Positions 54,080 to 63,946 of a stretch of DNA of 64,000 nt are shown here, one piece after another. Each line of letters starts with the position of its first letter. Position 1 is the stretch's first letter. Below the pieces are notes generated by a model. The model saw only the letters and a program-made list of their open reading frames with translations, searched no databases and was not told the DNA's origin. Source of the stretch: Burkholderiales bacterium (lineage in GTDB: Bacteria; Pseudomonadota; Gammaproteobacteria; Burkholderiales; Burkholderiaceae_C); assembly GCA_028868995.1 (NCBI GenBank), contig JAGWTH010000009.1:19811-83810 (forward strand), read 5' to 3'. The translations under genes and the position numbers were made by a program.

Positions 54080-54352
54080 ATGGCACGCACTGTCCACTGC
54101 ATCAAGCTCGGCCGCGACGCCGAAGGCCTCGACTTCCCCCCCTATCCCGGCGAGCTGGGCAAGCGCATCTACGAAAGCGTCAGCAAGGAAGCCTGGGCGC
54201 AGTGGCTCAAGCACCAGACCATGCTGGTCAACGAGAACCGGCTGAACCTCGCCGACCAGCGCGCCCGCGAGTACCTCAAGCGCCAGATGGAGAACCACTT
54301 CTTCGGCAGCGGCGCAGACGCGGCCGCGGGATATGTCCCGCCCACGGCGTAA
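54080..54352 (+). CDS. yggX: Fe(II)-trafficking / oxidative damage protection protein
   Basis: [23 protein letters not shown] and [14 protein letters not shown] motifs. Confidence 0.95.
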   Translation: MARTVHCIKLGRDAEGLDFPPYPGELGKRIYESVSKEAWAQWLKHQTMLVNENRLNLADQRAREYLKRQMENHFFGSGADAAAGYVPPTA

Positions 54353-54378
54353 CTGCGCCCCACCCTCCCGCTAAGCGC

Positions 54379-56217
54379 ATGAGCGAAGTCGTCGCCTGGG
54401 ACGACGACGGCACGCCGCGCAGCCCGCGCTTCGACGACATCTACCGTTCCGCCGCCGGCGGCCTGGCGCAGGCGCAGCACGTGTTCCTGCAAGGCTGCGG
54501 CCTGCCCGCGACCTGGGCCGGGCTGGAGCAGTGGCGCGTGCTGGAAGCCGGCTTCGGCCTGGGACTGAACTTCCTCGCGGCCTGGCACGCCTGGCGCACC
54601 GACCCCGCGCGGCCGCGGCTGCTGCATTTCACCTCGATCGAGGCCTGGCCCGTGGCAGCGGACGACCTCCTGCGCAGCGTAGCGGGCTACCCGGCGCTGC
54701 AGCCGCTGGCCGAGGCCCTGGCCGCGCAATGGCAGGGGCTGACACCCGGCTTCCACCGCCTCGCCTTCGAGGACGGACAGGTGCTGCTCACGCTGTGCGT
54801 GGGCGAGGTCGCGCCCATGCTGCGCGAACTGGACTTCCGCGCCGACGCGGTCTTCCTCGACGGATTCGATCCCACGCGCAACCCGCAGATGTGGGATCTC
54901 GCCACGCTCAAGGCCGTCACGCGCCTGGCGCAGCGCGGTGCGCGCCTGGCGACGTGGACCGTGTCCGGCCAGGTGCGGCGCGACCTGCGGACCTGCGGCT
55001 GGCAGGTGGAAAAGCTTCCCGGCCTGCCTCCCAAGCGCGAATGCCTGGCCGCCCGCTTCGACCCCGCGTGGGAGCCGAAAGGCCTCGCCGCGGGCCCGGC
55101 CGTGGAGCCTGCCGATGCCATCGTGATCGGGGCCGGGCTCGCGGGCGCGGCAACGGCCGCGAGCATCGCGCGCCGCGGCTGGTCGGTGCGCGTGCTCGAT
55201 GCCGCACGCACGCCTGCGTCAGGGGCCTCGGCCCTGCCCGCAGGACTGCTGGCGCCGCACCAGAGTCCGGACGACAACCTGCTGTCGCGCCTGTCGCGCG
55301 CCGGTGTGCGCATCACCCTGCGCGAGGCGCAGCAGCGGCTCGCCCAGGGCCTGGAATGGGACCGCACCGGCGTGCTCGAATGGCGCGGCGCGGACCGGAG
55401 GCCCCCGCCTCCCGGCGATGCGTTCGCGCCCTGGACCCGCGAGGCCACGCCCGTGCAGCGGGAGGTCGCCGGAACCGCGGCCTCCGATGCGGCCTGGTGG
55501 CATGCGAACGCGGCCTGGATCGAGCCCGCCGCGCTGGTGCGCAGCTGGCTGCGGGAGCCCGGCGTGCGCTTCGAGGGCGGCCGGACCGTGTCGCGCATCG
55601 CGCGCCCGGGCGAACGCTGGGTCGTCGAGGATGGCTCCGGCAGCCCGCTCGGCGAGGCACGGATCGTGGTCGTGGCCGCCGCCCTGGGCAGCGCAGCGCT
55701 GCTGGATGGCCGGGTGAGCCTGCATCCGGTGCGCGGCCAGGTCAGCTGGGCGCCCCTCGGCGACGATGCCGACCGCCTGCCGCCTTTTCCCGTGAACGGC
55801 CACGGCCACTTCCTGCCGCGCGTGCCCCTGGTGGAGCGCGGCGCCTGGATCACCGGCTCCACCTACGGCCGCGGCGATGCCGACCCGGGACTGCGCAGCC
55901 AGGACGATGCGCTGAACCTGCAGCGTGTGGCCGAGGTGCTGCCCGGGGCCGCTCGGGCCATGCGGGCTGCGGCCGAGCGCGGACAGGTGCGCAGCTGGAG
56001 CGGCGTGCGCTGCACCTCGTCCGATCGCCGTCCGCTGGTGGGGGAGGTGGCGCCGGGACTGTGGCTCAGCACCGCCATGGGTTCCCGCGGCCTGACCTTC
56101 GCGGCGCTGTGCGCGGAGCTGCTTGCCGCCCGCCTGCACGGCGAGCCGCTGCCGCTGGAAGCACGCCTGGCCGAGGCGCTGGACCTCAGGCGACAGGCCC
56201 CAGCTCGATCCGGCTGA
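54379..56217 (+). CDS. mnmC: Bifunctional tRNA mnm5s2U34 biosynthesis protein
   Basis: FDDIY, LEAGFGLGLNFL, FLDGFDPTRNPQMW; FAD domain IGAGLAG; GSRGLT. Confidence 0.93.
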   Translation: MSEVVAWDDDGTPRSPRFDDIYRSAAGGLAQAQHVFLQGCGLPATWAGLEQWRVLEAGFGLGLNFLAAWHAWRTDPARPRLLHFTSIEAWPVAADDLLRSVAGYPALQPLAEALAAQWQGLTPGFHRLAFEDGQVLLTLCVGEVAPMLRELDFRADAVFLDGFDPTRNPQMWDLATLKAVTRLAQRGARLATWTVSGQVRRDLRTCGWQVEKLPGLPPKRECLAARFDPAWEPKGLAAGPAVEPADAIVIGAGLAGAATAASIARRGWSVRVLDAARTPASGASALPAGLLAPHQSPDDNLLSRLSRAGVRITLREAQQRLAQGLEWDRTGVLEWRGADRRPPPPGDAFAPWTREATPVQREVAGTAASDAAWWHANAAWIEPAALVRSWLREPGVRFEGGRTVSRIARPGERWVVEDGSGSPLGEARIVVVAAALGSAALLDGRVSLHPVRGQVSWAPLGDDADRLPPFPVNGHGHFLPRVPLVERGAWITGSTYGRGDADPGLRSQDDALNLQRVAEVLPGAARAMRAAAERGQVRSWSGVRCTSSDRRPLVGEVAPGLWLSTAMGSRGLTFAALCAELLAARLHGEPLPLEARLAEALDLRRQAPARSG

Positions 56218-56938
56218 GCCAGGCGTCCAGCCGCTCGGGATCGGGCGGGTCTTCCAGCAGTGCGGTGCTGCCGCGCCAGGCGCGCAGGCGCTCGGACACC
56301 GAGCGCGCCGCCTTGGTCAGGGCGAGGTGCGGAATGGGACGACGGCCGCGGCGCAGCTGGGACACCAGGGTCCAGGCATCCATGTCGTGCAGGCCCGCAT
56401 CGACCAGGGCCAGGTCGTACTGCTTGCCGCGCGCCAGGGCCACGGCCTCGGACCCGCTCTCCGCCTCGTCGGCCTGCGTGAGGCGCGCCAGCGACAGCCG
56501 CGCGCGCAGGTAAAGCCGCTCGCCCCGGTCGGCGCTCACGATCAGGGCCTGCTTCTGCGACATGATCGCCTCGGGCTCGGGATCGGGATCCAGGTCGAGG
56601 TCGAGGGCGTCCTGGGGCGCGAACAAGGCGTCCAGGCCGGCCACCACCTCGGGCCACACGATCGGACGCGGAAAGCTGCGCCAGACGGCCGCCGGCGCGT
56701 TGCTCCCGACCCACAACAGCCGCAGGTCGCGCTGCATGGGGGACTCGGCCTCGACCCGTGCCTCCCAGCTCTGGCCGTCCAGCAGTGCCACGCGCGCCGG
56801 CTCCCCCGCCTGCGGCGTCCACAGCTGGTACATGGTGCGGCACTGCTCGGACAGGCGGAACACCGTGTTCAGCGCGTGGCGCTCCTCGTCGGAGAAGCCG
56901 ACCACCTTGACGTAGATGCGTTGGACCATCGACTGCAT
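56186..56938 (-). CDS. Hypothetical protein with a C-terminal degenerate receiver (REC)-like domain
   Basis: C-terminus ALIVSAD...EAESGSEAV...YDLALVD...DAWTLVSQLR resembles REC; unassigned N-terminal domain. Confidence 0.75.
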   Translation of the reverse strand: MQSMVQRIYVKVVGFSDEERHALNTVFRLSEQCRTMYQLWTPQAGEPARVALLDGQSWEARVEAESPMQRDLRLLWVGSNAPAAVWRSFPRPIVWPEVVAGLDALFAPQDALDLDLDPDPEPEAIMSQKQALIVSADRGERLYLRARLSLARLTQADEAESGSEAVALARGKQYDLALVDAGLHDMDAWTLVSQLRRGRRPIPHLALTKAARSVSERLRAWRGSTALLEDPPDPERLDAWLSRIELGPVA

Positions 56939-57029
56939 GTGCCCCCAAAGACGACAGGGGCGCTTCCATGACCGTGCGGCCTGTTCCGGCCCGGGGCCCG
57001 AACGACCGGGGAAAGCGCTTCCCTCCTCG

Positions 57030-57052
57030 CGCATAAGCTTATCCGCATAAGC
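57030..57052. promoter_or_regulatory. Repeat/palindrome upstream of the cys operon (possible CysB-type LysR site)
   Basis: CGCATAAGC twice (57030 and 57044); ATAAGCTTAT palindrome at 57033-57042. Confidence 0.4.
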
Positions 57053-57135
57053 GCCGAACAAGAAAGTAGTTTGGATCCATCTGCGGCGTCCCTAAAGTCG
57101 CGGCTCCACCCGAACCGGGTGCCACGCCCCGATCC

Positions 57136-58953
57136 ATGTACCAGTACACCGACTTCGACCGGCAATTCGTCCGGGCCCGCGCCGCCCAGTTCCGCGACCA
57201 GCTGGAACGCTGGCAGGCCGGCCGGCTGAGCGACGACGAGTTCCGGCCCCTGCGCCTGCAGAACGGCTGGTACGTGCAGCGCTACGCCCCCATGCTGCGC
57301 GTCGCCGTGCCCTACGGCGAGATCGCCAGCCGTCAGCTGCGCGTGCTGGCGAGGATCGCCCGCGAGTACGACCGCCCCGAGCCCGAACTGCTGGCCCAGG
57401 CCCAGGAGAAGCAGCTGGCCCTGGGGGAGGTGCCCGTGCCGGGCGGCGCGCCGGTCGTGACCCGCCTGAAGTCCGGCTACGGCCACTTCAGCACCCGCAC
57501 CAACGTGCAGTTCAACTGGATCCCGCTGGCGAAAAGCGCCGACGTCATGGAGCTGCTGGCCAGCGTGGACATGCACGGCATCCAGACCAGCGGCAACTGC
57601 ATCCGCAACATCACGACCGACCAGCTGGCCGGCATCGCCGCCGACGAGATCGCCGACCCGCGGCCCTTCGCCGAGATCCTTCGCCAGTGGAGCACCCTCC
57701 ACCCCGAATTCGCCTTCCTGCCGCGGAAGTTCAAGATTGCGCTCAATGGTGCGAAAGAAGACCGGTCGGCGTTGGGTTGGTACGACATCGGCCTGCAGCT
57801 GCGCCGCAACGAGCAAGGCGATCTGGGCTTCCAGGTCCGCGTCGGCGGCGGCATGGGCCGCACCCCGATCATCGGCACCGTGGTGCGCGAGTTCCTCCCC
57901 TGGCCGCACCTGCTGAACTACGTCGAGGCCTGCCTGCGGGTCTACAACCAGTACGGCCGGCGCGACAACGTGTGGAAGGCACGCATCAAGATCCTGGTGA
58001 AGGCCGAGGGCCAGCGCTACATCGAGCAGGTGGAGCAGGAGTTCCGCGCCATCCTGCAGGACGACGGCGCCGCCCACACCATCACCCAGGCCGAATACGA
58101 CCGCGTCGCCGCGCACTTCGCGCCGCCGCGGCCGCAGCGGCCCCCGGTCGACGCGCGCGTGCACGAGATCATCCGCGCCGACGCCGAGGCCGACCCGCTG
58201 TATGACCGCTGGCTGCAGCGCAACGTGCTGCCGCACCGCGACCCGCGGCTGCGCGCCGTGGTCCTGTCCTTCAAGCGCCTGGGCCAGGCCCCGGGCGACG
58301 CCGACGCGCAGCAGCTGGAGGCCGCCGCCGACCTCGCCGACCGCTTCTCCGCGGGCGAGGCGCGCGTGACCCACGAACAGAACCTGCTGCTGCCCTGGGT
58401 GCACCAGGACGACCTGCCCGAGCTGTGGGCCGCCGCCCGCAAGCTGGGCCTGGCGCGCCCCAACATCGGCCTGCTCACCGACATGATCGCCTGCCCCGGC
58501 GGCGACTTCTGCGCGCTGGCCAATGCGCGCTCGATCCCGATCGCCGAGGCCATCACCCAGCGCTTCCAGGACCTCGACGAGGAATGGGACATCGGCGAGA
58601 TCGACCTGAACATCTCGGGCTGCATCAACTCCTGCGGCCACCACCACGCCGGCCACATCGGCATCCTCGGCGTCGACAAGGACGGCAAGGAGTGGTACCA
58701 GGTGACGCTGGGCGGCGCCGACGGCAGCGAGCTGTCGGGTCCCGCCACGCCCGGCCGGATCGTCGGCCCCGCCTTCTCCGCCGCCGAAGTGCCGGTGGTG
58801 ATCGAGGCGGTGCTGGACACCTACCGGCAACTGCGCCAGCCGGGTGCGGAAGGCCGGTCCGAGCCCTTCATCGCCACGCTCCGTCGCCTGGGCATCGAGC
58901 CATTCAAGGCGGCCGCCGACGCCGCCCGCTTCGTGCAGAGGGAGTTCGCATGA
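57136..58953 (+). CDS. cysI: Sulfite/nitrite reductase hemoprotein (CysI-like, ferredoxin type)
   Basis: FRPLRLQNG, TSGNCIRN, LPRKFKIA, ACPGGDFCALA and SGCINSCG motifs. Confidence 0.9.
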   Translation: MYQYTDFDRQFVRARAAQFRDQLERWQAGRLSDDEFRPLRLQNGWYVQRYAPMLRVAVPYGEIASRQLRVLARIAREYDRPEPELLAQAQEKQLALGEVPVPGGAPVVTRLKSGYGHFSTRTNVQFNWIPLAKSADVMELLASVDMHGIQTSGNCIRNITTDQLAGIAADEIADPRPFAEILRQWSTLHPEFAFLPRKFKIALNGAKEDRSALGWYDIGLQLRRNEQGDLGFQVRVGGGMGRTPIIGTVVREFLPWPHLLNYVEACLRVYNQYGRRDNVWKARIKILVKAEGQRYIEQVEQEFRAILQDDGAAHTITQAEYDRVAAHFAPPRPQRPPVDARVHEIIRADAEADPLYDRWLQRNVLPHRDPRLRAVVLSFKRLGQAPGDADAQQLEAAADLADRFSAGEARVTHEQNLLLPWVHQDDLPELWAAARKLGLARPNIGLLTDMIACPGGDFCALANARSIPIAEAITQRFQDLDEEWDIGEIDLNISGCINSCGHHHAGHIGILGVDKDGKEWYQVTLGGADGSELSGPATPGRIVGPAFSAAEVPVVIEAVLDTYRQLRQPGAEGRSEPFIATLRRLGIEPFKAAADAARFVQREFA

Positions 58954-59324
58954 TCCGCATCCTCGTGGCCGGCGACCCGGCGCTCGAAGCCAACGCCCGG
59001 GTCCTGGCGCTGGCCAACGACGCCGACGCGCTCACCGTCGCATTCGACGGCGTAGACCGCATCGACCTGCACTTCCCGAAGTTCACCGACGGCCGCGCCT
59101 ACAGCCAGGCCCGCCTGCTGCGCCGCCGCGGTTTCGCCGGTGACCTGCGCGCCACCGGCGAAGTGCTGGTCGACCAGCTGGTGCACATGGACCGACTGGG
59201 CTTCACCAGCGCCGTGCTGAAGGAAGGCAAGGACCCGGCCGATGCCGAGCGCCAGTTCTCCCGCTTCGCCGCCTTCTACCAGGGCGACGTGGTGACCCGC
59301 CGCCCCCATTTCGCCCGGAGCTGA
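58950..59324 (+). CDS. DUF934-family protein
   Basis: FPKFTDGRAYSQARLLR and LRATGEVLVDQ motifs; typical partner of this reductase. Confidence 0.9.
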   Translation: MIRILVAGDPALEANARVLALANDADALTVAFDGVDRIDLHFPKFTDGRAYSQARLLRRRGFAGDLRATGEVLVDQLVHMDRLGFTSAVLKEGKDPADAERQFSRFAAFYQGDVVTRRPHFARS

Positions 59325-59325
59325 G

Positions 59326-60051
59326 ATGGGCGCCGTCGAACTGCATGCCCGCGCCTCGCGGGACTTCGAGGCCAGGCTCGCCGCCACGCGCAAGCTGCTG
59401 GTCCGCGCCGCCGCCGACTTCGCGCCGCTGAAGCAGGCCTCCAGCCTGGGCGCAGAGGACGTGGTGATCACCCACCTGATCAACGAACTGGAACTGGACA
59501 TCCCGGTGTTCGTCCTGGAGACCGGTGCGCTGCATCCCGAGACGCTGGAGCTGCTGGAGCGCACGGAGACGACGTCCCGCGCGCCGGTGGAGGTCTGGCG
59601 CCCGGTGCAGGAGTCCGTGGTCCGCTTCGTGGGCCGGGAGGGCCGGGACGCGATGTATCGCAGCGTCGCCCTGCGCAAGGAATGCTGCGCGATCCGCAAG
59701 CTGGAGCCGCTGGCCCGCGCGCTGGAGGGCCAGAGGGCCTGGATCACCGGCCTGCGCCGCGAACAGTCCGCCGCCCGCGCCGAGGTGCCGGCGATCGACA
59801 CCTCGGAGGCCCGCGCCAAGGTCAACCCCCTGGCCGACTGGACCTGGGGCGACGTCTGGCACTACATCGCCGTGAACGGGGTCGACTACAACCCGCTGCA
59901 CGACCAGTTTTATCCCAGCATCGGCTGCGCGCCCTGCACCCGGGCCATCAGCCTGGGCGAGGATTTCCGCGCGGGGCGCTGGTGGTGGGAGGACGAATCG
60001 GCAAAAGAGTGCGGACTGCACGTCAAGAAGGAAGAGAAGGTCGCCGCATGA
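59326..60051 (+). CDS. cysH: APS/PAPS reductase
   Basis: SSLGAED, LETG, ECCAIRKLEPL, TGLRREQS, YPSIGCAPCT and ECGLH motifs (FeS, APS-type). Confidence 0.94.
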   Translation: MGAVELHARASRDFEARLAATRKLLVRAAADFAPLKQASSLGAEDVVITHLINELELDIPVFVLETGALHPETLELLERTETTSRAPVEVWRPVQESVVRFVGREGRDAMYRSVALRKECCAIRKLEPLARALEGQRAWITGLRREQSAARAEVPAIDTSEARAKVNPLADWTWGDVWHYIAVNGVDYNPLHDQFYPSIGCAPCTRAISLGEDFRAGRWWWEDESAKECGLHVKKEEKVAA

Positions 60052-61001
60052 ATGCCCGCACCGAACCGCAACTGCTGTCACGCATTTCCAGCCGCCACCT
60101 CGATGCGCTGGAGGAGGAGGCCATCTTCATCCTGCGCGAGGTGGCCGGCGCCTTCGAGCGTCCCGCGCTGCTGTTCTCCGGCGGCAAGGACTCCCTGGTG
60201 CTGCTGCGGTGCGCCGACAAGGCCTTCGGTGTCACAGGAGGAACCTCCGGTTCCGGGCGCATCCCCTACCCGCTGCTGATGATCGACACCGGCCACAACT
60301 TCCCCGAGGTCACGGATTTCCGCGACTTCCGGGCGCGGGAGCTGGGGGCCGAACTGATCGTGCGCAGCGTGGAGGACTCCATGCGGCGCGGCACGGTGCG
60401 CCTGGCGCGTCCGGACGAGAGCCGCAACGCGCACCAGTCGGTGACGCTGCTGGAGGCGATCGAGGAGTTCCGCTTCGACGCCCTGATCGGCGGCGCCCGC
60501 CGCGACGAGGAGAAGGCCCGCGCCAAGGAGCGCATCTTCTCCCACCGGGACGGCTTCGGGCAGTGGCAGCCCAAGGCGCAGCGGCCCGAGCTCTGGACGC
60601 TGTTCAACACGCGCCTGGCGCCCGGCGAGCACTTCCGCGTGTTCCCCATCTCCAACTGGACCGAGCTGGACGTCTGGCAGTACATCGAGCGCGAGGAGAT
60701 CGCCCTGCCCTCGCTTTACTACGCGCACCGGCGCCAGGTGGTGGAGCGCCGCGGGCTGCTGGTGCCGGTGACCGAACTCACGCCGCCGAAGCCGGGCGAG
60801 GAGGTCGTGACGCGCACGGTGCGCTTCCGCACCGTGGGCGACATCACCTGCACCTGCCCGGTGGCGAGCCCCGCCGCCAACGCGAGCGAGGTGGTGGCCG
60901 AAACGCTGGTCGCCGAGGTCAGCGAGCGCGGCGCCACCCGCATGGACGACAAGACCTCGGACGCCTCCATGGAGAAACGGAAAAAGGACGGGTATTTCTG
61001 A
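60048..61001 (+). CDS. cysD: Sulfate adenylyltransferase subunit 2
   Basis: LFSGGKDS, IDTGHNF, GGARRDEEKARAKER and RVFPISNWTE motifs. Confidence 0.96.
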   Translation: MNARTEPQLLSRISSRHLDALEEEAIFILREVAGAFERPALLFSGGKDSLVLLRCADKAFGVTGGTSGSGRIPYPLLMIDTGHNFPEVTDFRDFRARELGAELIVRSVEDSMRRGTVRLARPDESRNAHQSVTLLEAIEEFRFDALIGGARRDEEKARAKERIFSHRDGFGQWQPKAQRPELWTLFNTRLAPGEHFRVFPISNWTELDVWQYIEREEIALPSLYYAHRRQVVERRGLLVPVTELTPPKPGEEVVTRTVRFRTVGDITCTCPVASPAANASEVVAETLVAEVSERGATRMDDKTSDASMEKRKKDGYF

Positions 61002-62329
61002 TGGACGCGGAGAAGCTTTCCACCCCTGGTTTGGATCCCCGCCTGCGCGGGGATGATGAAGCGTCGCACCGGGGCGATCACGCCTCGGCGCTTCGCTTCA
61101 TCACCTGCGGGTCGGTGGACGACGGCAAGAGCACGCTGATCGGCCGCCTGCTGGTGGACAGCCGCGCGGTGCTGCAGGACCAGCTGGCCTCGGTCTCCCG
61201 CTCCGGCGCGACCGACCTGGCGCTGCTGACCGACGGCCTGTCGGCCGAGCGCGAGCAGGGCATCACGATCGACGTGGCCTACCGCTACTTCGCCACGCCC
61301 GCGCGCAAGTTCATCATCGGCGACGCCCCGGGCCACGAGCAGTACACCCGCAACATGGTGACCGCCGCCTCCAGCGCCGACGCCGCCGTGGTGCTGGTGG
61401 ACGCCACCAAGCTGCAGTGGGCCGATCCGGCCCTGGACCTGCTGCCGCAGACGCGCCGCCACACGCTGCTGGCCAACCTGCTGCGCGTGCCCGCCATCGT
61501 GTTCGCAGTGAACAAGCTGGATGCGGTGGAGGACCCCACGGTCGCTTTCCACAACATCCGAGGCGCCCTGGAGGACTTCACCGAGGCCGCCGGCATCCAC
61601 GCCCGCGCCATCGTGCCGATCTCCGCGCTCGAGGGCTGGAACGTGGTGGAGGCCCGCGCCGGCTGGTGCGGCTACCCGGGCCCGTCCCTGCTGGCCCTGC
61701 TGGAGCAGCTCGATGTGACGCCCCCCGAGACCGCCGAAGCTTTTGCCTTCCCGGTGCAGTGGGTGGAGAAGTTCGCCTCCTCCGCCGACACCTCCCAGGG
61801 CCGCCGGGTGTTCTGGGGCCGCGTGGCCACCGGCCGGGTGGAGCCGGGCCAGGAAGTCACCGTGCTGCCCGGTGGCCAGACGGCCCGGGTCGCCCAGGTG
61901 CTGGACCACGTCCGCCAGCCGGCCGGGGTGGCCGCCCGCCACGGCGCCGGCATCGTCCTGGACCGCGAGCTGGACGTCTCCCGCGGCGACTGGCTGCTGG
62001 CCCCGGGCGCCTTCGTGCCCTCGCGCCAGCTGTCGGCCACCGTCGCCTGGCTCGACGACGAACCGCTGGTCGCCGGCCGGGTGTACTGGGCCCTGCACGG
62101 GCACCGCTGGGTGAAGGCCCGGGTGACGCGCATCGTCCACAAGCTGGACGTGAACACCCTGGCCGAAGAGGATGCCGACCACCTGGAGGCCAACGGCATC
62201 GGTCACGTCGAACTCGCGCTGCAGGAACCCCTGGCCACCCTGCCCCATGCCCGCTCGCGGGCGCTGGGCGCGCTGGTCCTGGTGGACACCGCGAGCCACA
62301 GGACCGCCGGCGCCGTGCTGGTTCGTTGA
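61001..62329 (+). CDS. cysN: Sulfate adenylyltransferase subunit 1 (no CysC domain)
   Basis: FITCGSVDDGKSTLIGRLL, EREQGITIDVAYRYF, DAPGHEQYTRNM and NKLD motifs. Confidence 0.95.
   Translation: MDAEKLSTPGLDPRLRGDDEASHRGDHASALRFITCGSVDDGKSTLIGRLLVDSRAVLQDQLASVSRSGATDLALLTDGLSAEREQGITIDVAYRYFATPARKFIIGDAPGHEQYTRNMVTAASSADAAVVLVDATKLQWADPALDLLPQTRRHTLLANLLRVPAIVFAVNKLDAVEDPTVAFHNIRGALEDFTEAAGIHARAIVPISALEGWNVVEARAGWCGYPGPSLLALLEQLDVTPPETAEAFAFPVQWVEKFASSADTSQGRRVFWGRVATGRVEPGQEVTVLPGGQTARVAQVLDHVRQPAGVAARHGAGIVLDRELDVSRGDWLLAPGAFVPSRQLSATVAWLDDEPLVAGRVYWALHGHRWVKARVTRIVHKLDVNTLAEEDADHLEANGIGHVELALQEPLATLPHARSRALGALVLVDTASHRTAGAVLVR
61032..61056. repeat. REP-like palindrome inside the cysN 5' end
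   Basis: TGGATCCCCGCCTGCGCGGGGATGA (stem ATCCCCGC/GCGGGGAT); reads LDPRLRGDD here and IPAQAGIQ on the other strand. Confidence 0.75.
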
Positions 62330-62428
62330 TCCGGCGCAAACCCCGGAGGCCCTAGGGCCGTCAGGGGATGGGCACAATCAAAAACAAATAAAATCAAGGG
62401 CTTCCCCCAAGCCCTCGCACCGAACGCA

Positions 62429-62758
62429 ATGACCCACGTCGTCACCGAACAATGTATCCGCTGCAAGTACACCGACTGCGTTGACGTCTGTCCCGTGGAC
62501 TGCTTCCGCGAAGGTCCCAACATGCTGGTGATCGACCCGGACGAGTGCATCGACTGCGCGGTGTGCATCCCCGAGTGCCCGGTCAACGCCATCTACGCCG
62601 AAGAGGACGTGCCGGCCGACCAGGTCGCCTTCACCAAGCTGAACGCGGACCTCTCGCACGCCCCCGGCTGGAAAAGCATCACCAAGCGCAAGCCGGCGCT
62701 GCCGGATGCCGAGGAATGGAAGGACAAGCCGGGCAAGTTGTCCGAGCTGGTCAAGTAA
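62429..62758 (+). CDS. fdxA: 7Fe ferredoxin (FdxA type)
   Basis: [18 protein letters not shown]...[12 protein letters not shown]. Confidence 0.95.
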   Translation: MTHVVTEQCIRCKYTDCVDVCPVDCFREGPNMLVIDPDECIDCAVCIPECPVNAIYAEEDVPADQVAFTKLNADLSHAPGWKSITKRKPALPDAEEWKDKPGKLSELVK

Positions 62759-62764
62759 GGGATC

Positions 62765-63880
62765 ATGGAACCTCAGCTGAACCAAGAAGTGATCAAGACC
62801 GCCGCCGCCCACGACGGCCCGATCGAGACCGATGCCGTGATCGTCGGCGCCGGTCCCGTGGGCCTGTTCCAGGTGTTCGAGCTGGGCCTGCTGGAGATCA
62901 AGGCCCACGTGATCGACTCCCTCGCCTACCCCGGCGGCCAGCCCATCGAGCTGTACCCGGACAAGCCGATCTACGACATCCCGGCGGTCCCGGTGTGCAC
63001 CGGCAAGGAGCTCACCGACGCGCTGCTCAAGCAGATCGAGCCGTTCGGGGCCACCTTCCACCTGGGGCAGACGGTCACCGTGGTGCAGAAGCAGGACGAC
63101 GGCCGCTTCCACGTCGAGACGTCCAAGGGAACGAGGTTCCTGACCAAGACCATCTTCATCGCCGCCGGCGTGGGCGCCTTCGAGCCGCGCACGCTGAAGG
63201 TCGAGGGCCTCGACAAGTTCGACGGCTCCCAGCTGTTCTACCGGGTCAAGAACCCGGCCGATTTCGCCGGCAAGAACCTGCTGGTCGTGGGCGGAGGCGA
63301 CTCCGCGCTGGACTGGTCGCTGAACTTCTGCGCCGGCAACGCCGACGGCAACCCGCACAAGGCCGAGAGCGTCATCCTGGTCCACCGCCGCGACGGCTTC
63401 CGGGCCGCGCCCTCCTCCGTGGCGCGCATGCGCGAACTGTGCGAGCAGATGGAGATGCAGTTCGTCGTCGGCCAGGTGACCGGCTACGAGGAAAAGGACG
63501 GCAAGCTCACCGGCGCCAAGGTGACCGGCGCCGACGGCGTCACGCGCGTGGTGCCGGCGGACGTGCTGCTCGTGTTCTTCGGCCTGTCGCCCAAGCTGGG
63601 CCCGATCGCCGACTGGGGCCTGGAGATCGAGCGCAAGCAGCTGGTGGTGGACACCGAGAAGTTCTCCACCAGCGTCCCCGGCATCTTCGCCGTGGGCGAC
63701 ATCAACACCTACCCGGGCAAGAAGAAGCTGATCCTCTCGGGCTTCCACGAGTGCGCGCTGGCCGCCTTCGGCGCCGCGCCCATCATCTTCCCCGAGAAGG
63801 GCAAGATCCACCTGCAGTACACGACCACCAGCCCCAAGCTGCACAAGGTGCTGGGCGTCGAGACGCCGGTGTTCGACTGA
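62765..63880 (+). CDS. Thioredoxin-reductase-like ferredoxin/flavodoxin-NADP+ reductase
   Basis: [31 protein letters not shown] and GIFAVGDI motifs; no CxxC. Confidence 0.88.
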   Translation: MEPQLNQEVIKTAAAHDGPIETDAVIVGAGPVGLFQVFELGLLEIKAHVIDSLAYPGGQPIELYPDKPIYDIPAVPVCTGKELTDALLKQIEPFGATFHLGQTVTVVQKQDDGRFHVETSKGTRFLTKTIFIAAGVGAFEPRTLKVEGLDKFDGSQLFYRVKNPADFAGKNLLVVGGGDSALDWSLNFCAGNADGNPHKAESVILVHRRDGFRAAPSSVARMRELCEQMEMQFVVGQVTGYEEKDGKLTGAKVTGADGVTRVVPADVLLVFFGLSPKLGPIADWGLEIERKQLVVDTEKFSTSVPGIFAVGDINTYPGKKKLILSGFHECALAAFGAAPIIFPEKGKIHLQYTTTSPKLHKVLGVETPVFD

Positions 63881-63930
63881 CGTTTTGCTGAGACGGGGAC
63901 CAGGCCGCAAGAGCCGCCTGGGATTCACCG

Positions 63931-63936
63931 TATAAT
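63931..63936 (+). promoter_or_regulatory. Sigma70 -10 element for the tRNA
   Basis: TATAAT ends 10 nt before the tRNA 5' end. Confidence 0.65.
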
Positions 63937-63946
63937 GCAAGGCTAT

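Noticed and set aside
57039-57047. TTATCCGCA, a one-mismatch DnaA box
   Set aside because: A single copy within the cys promoter repeats; better explained as part of a LysR-type site.
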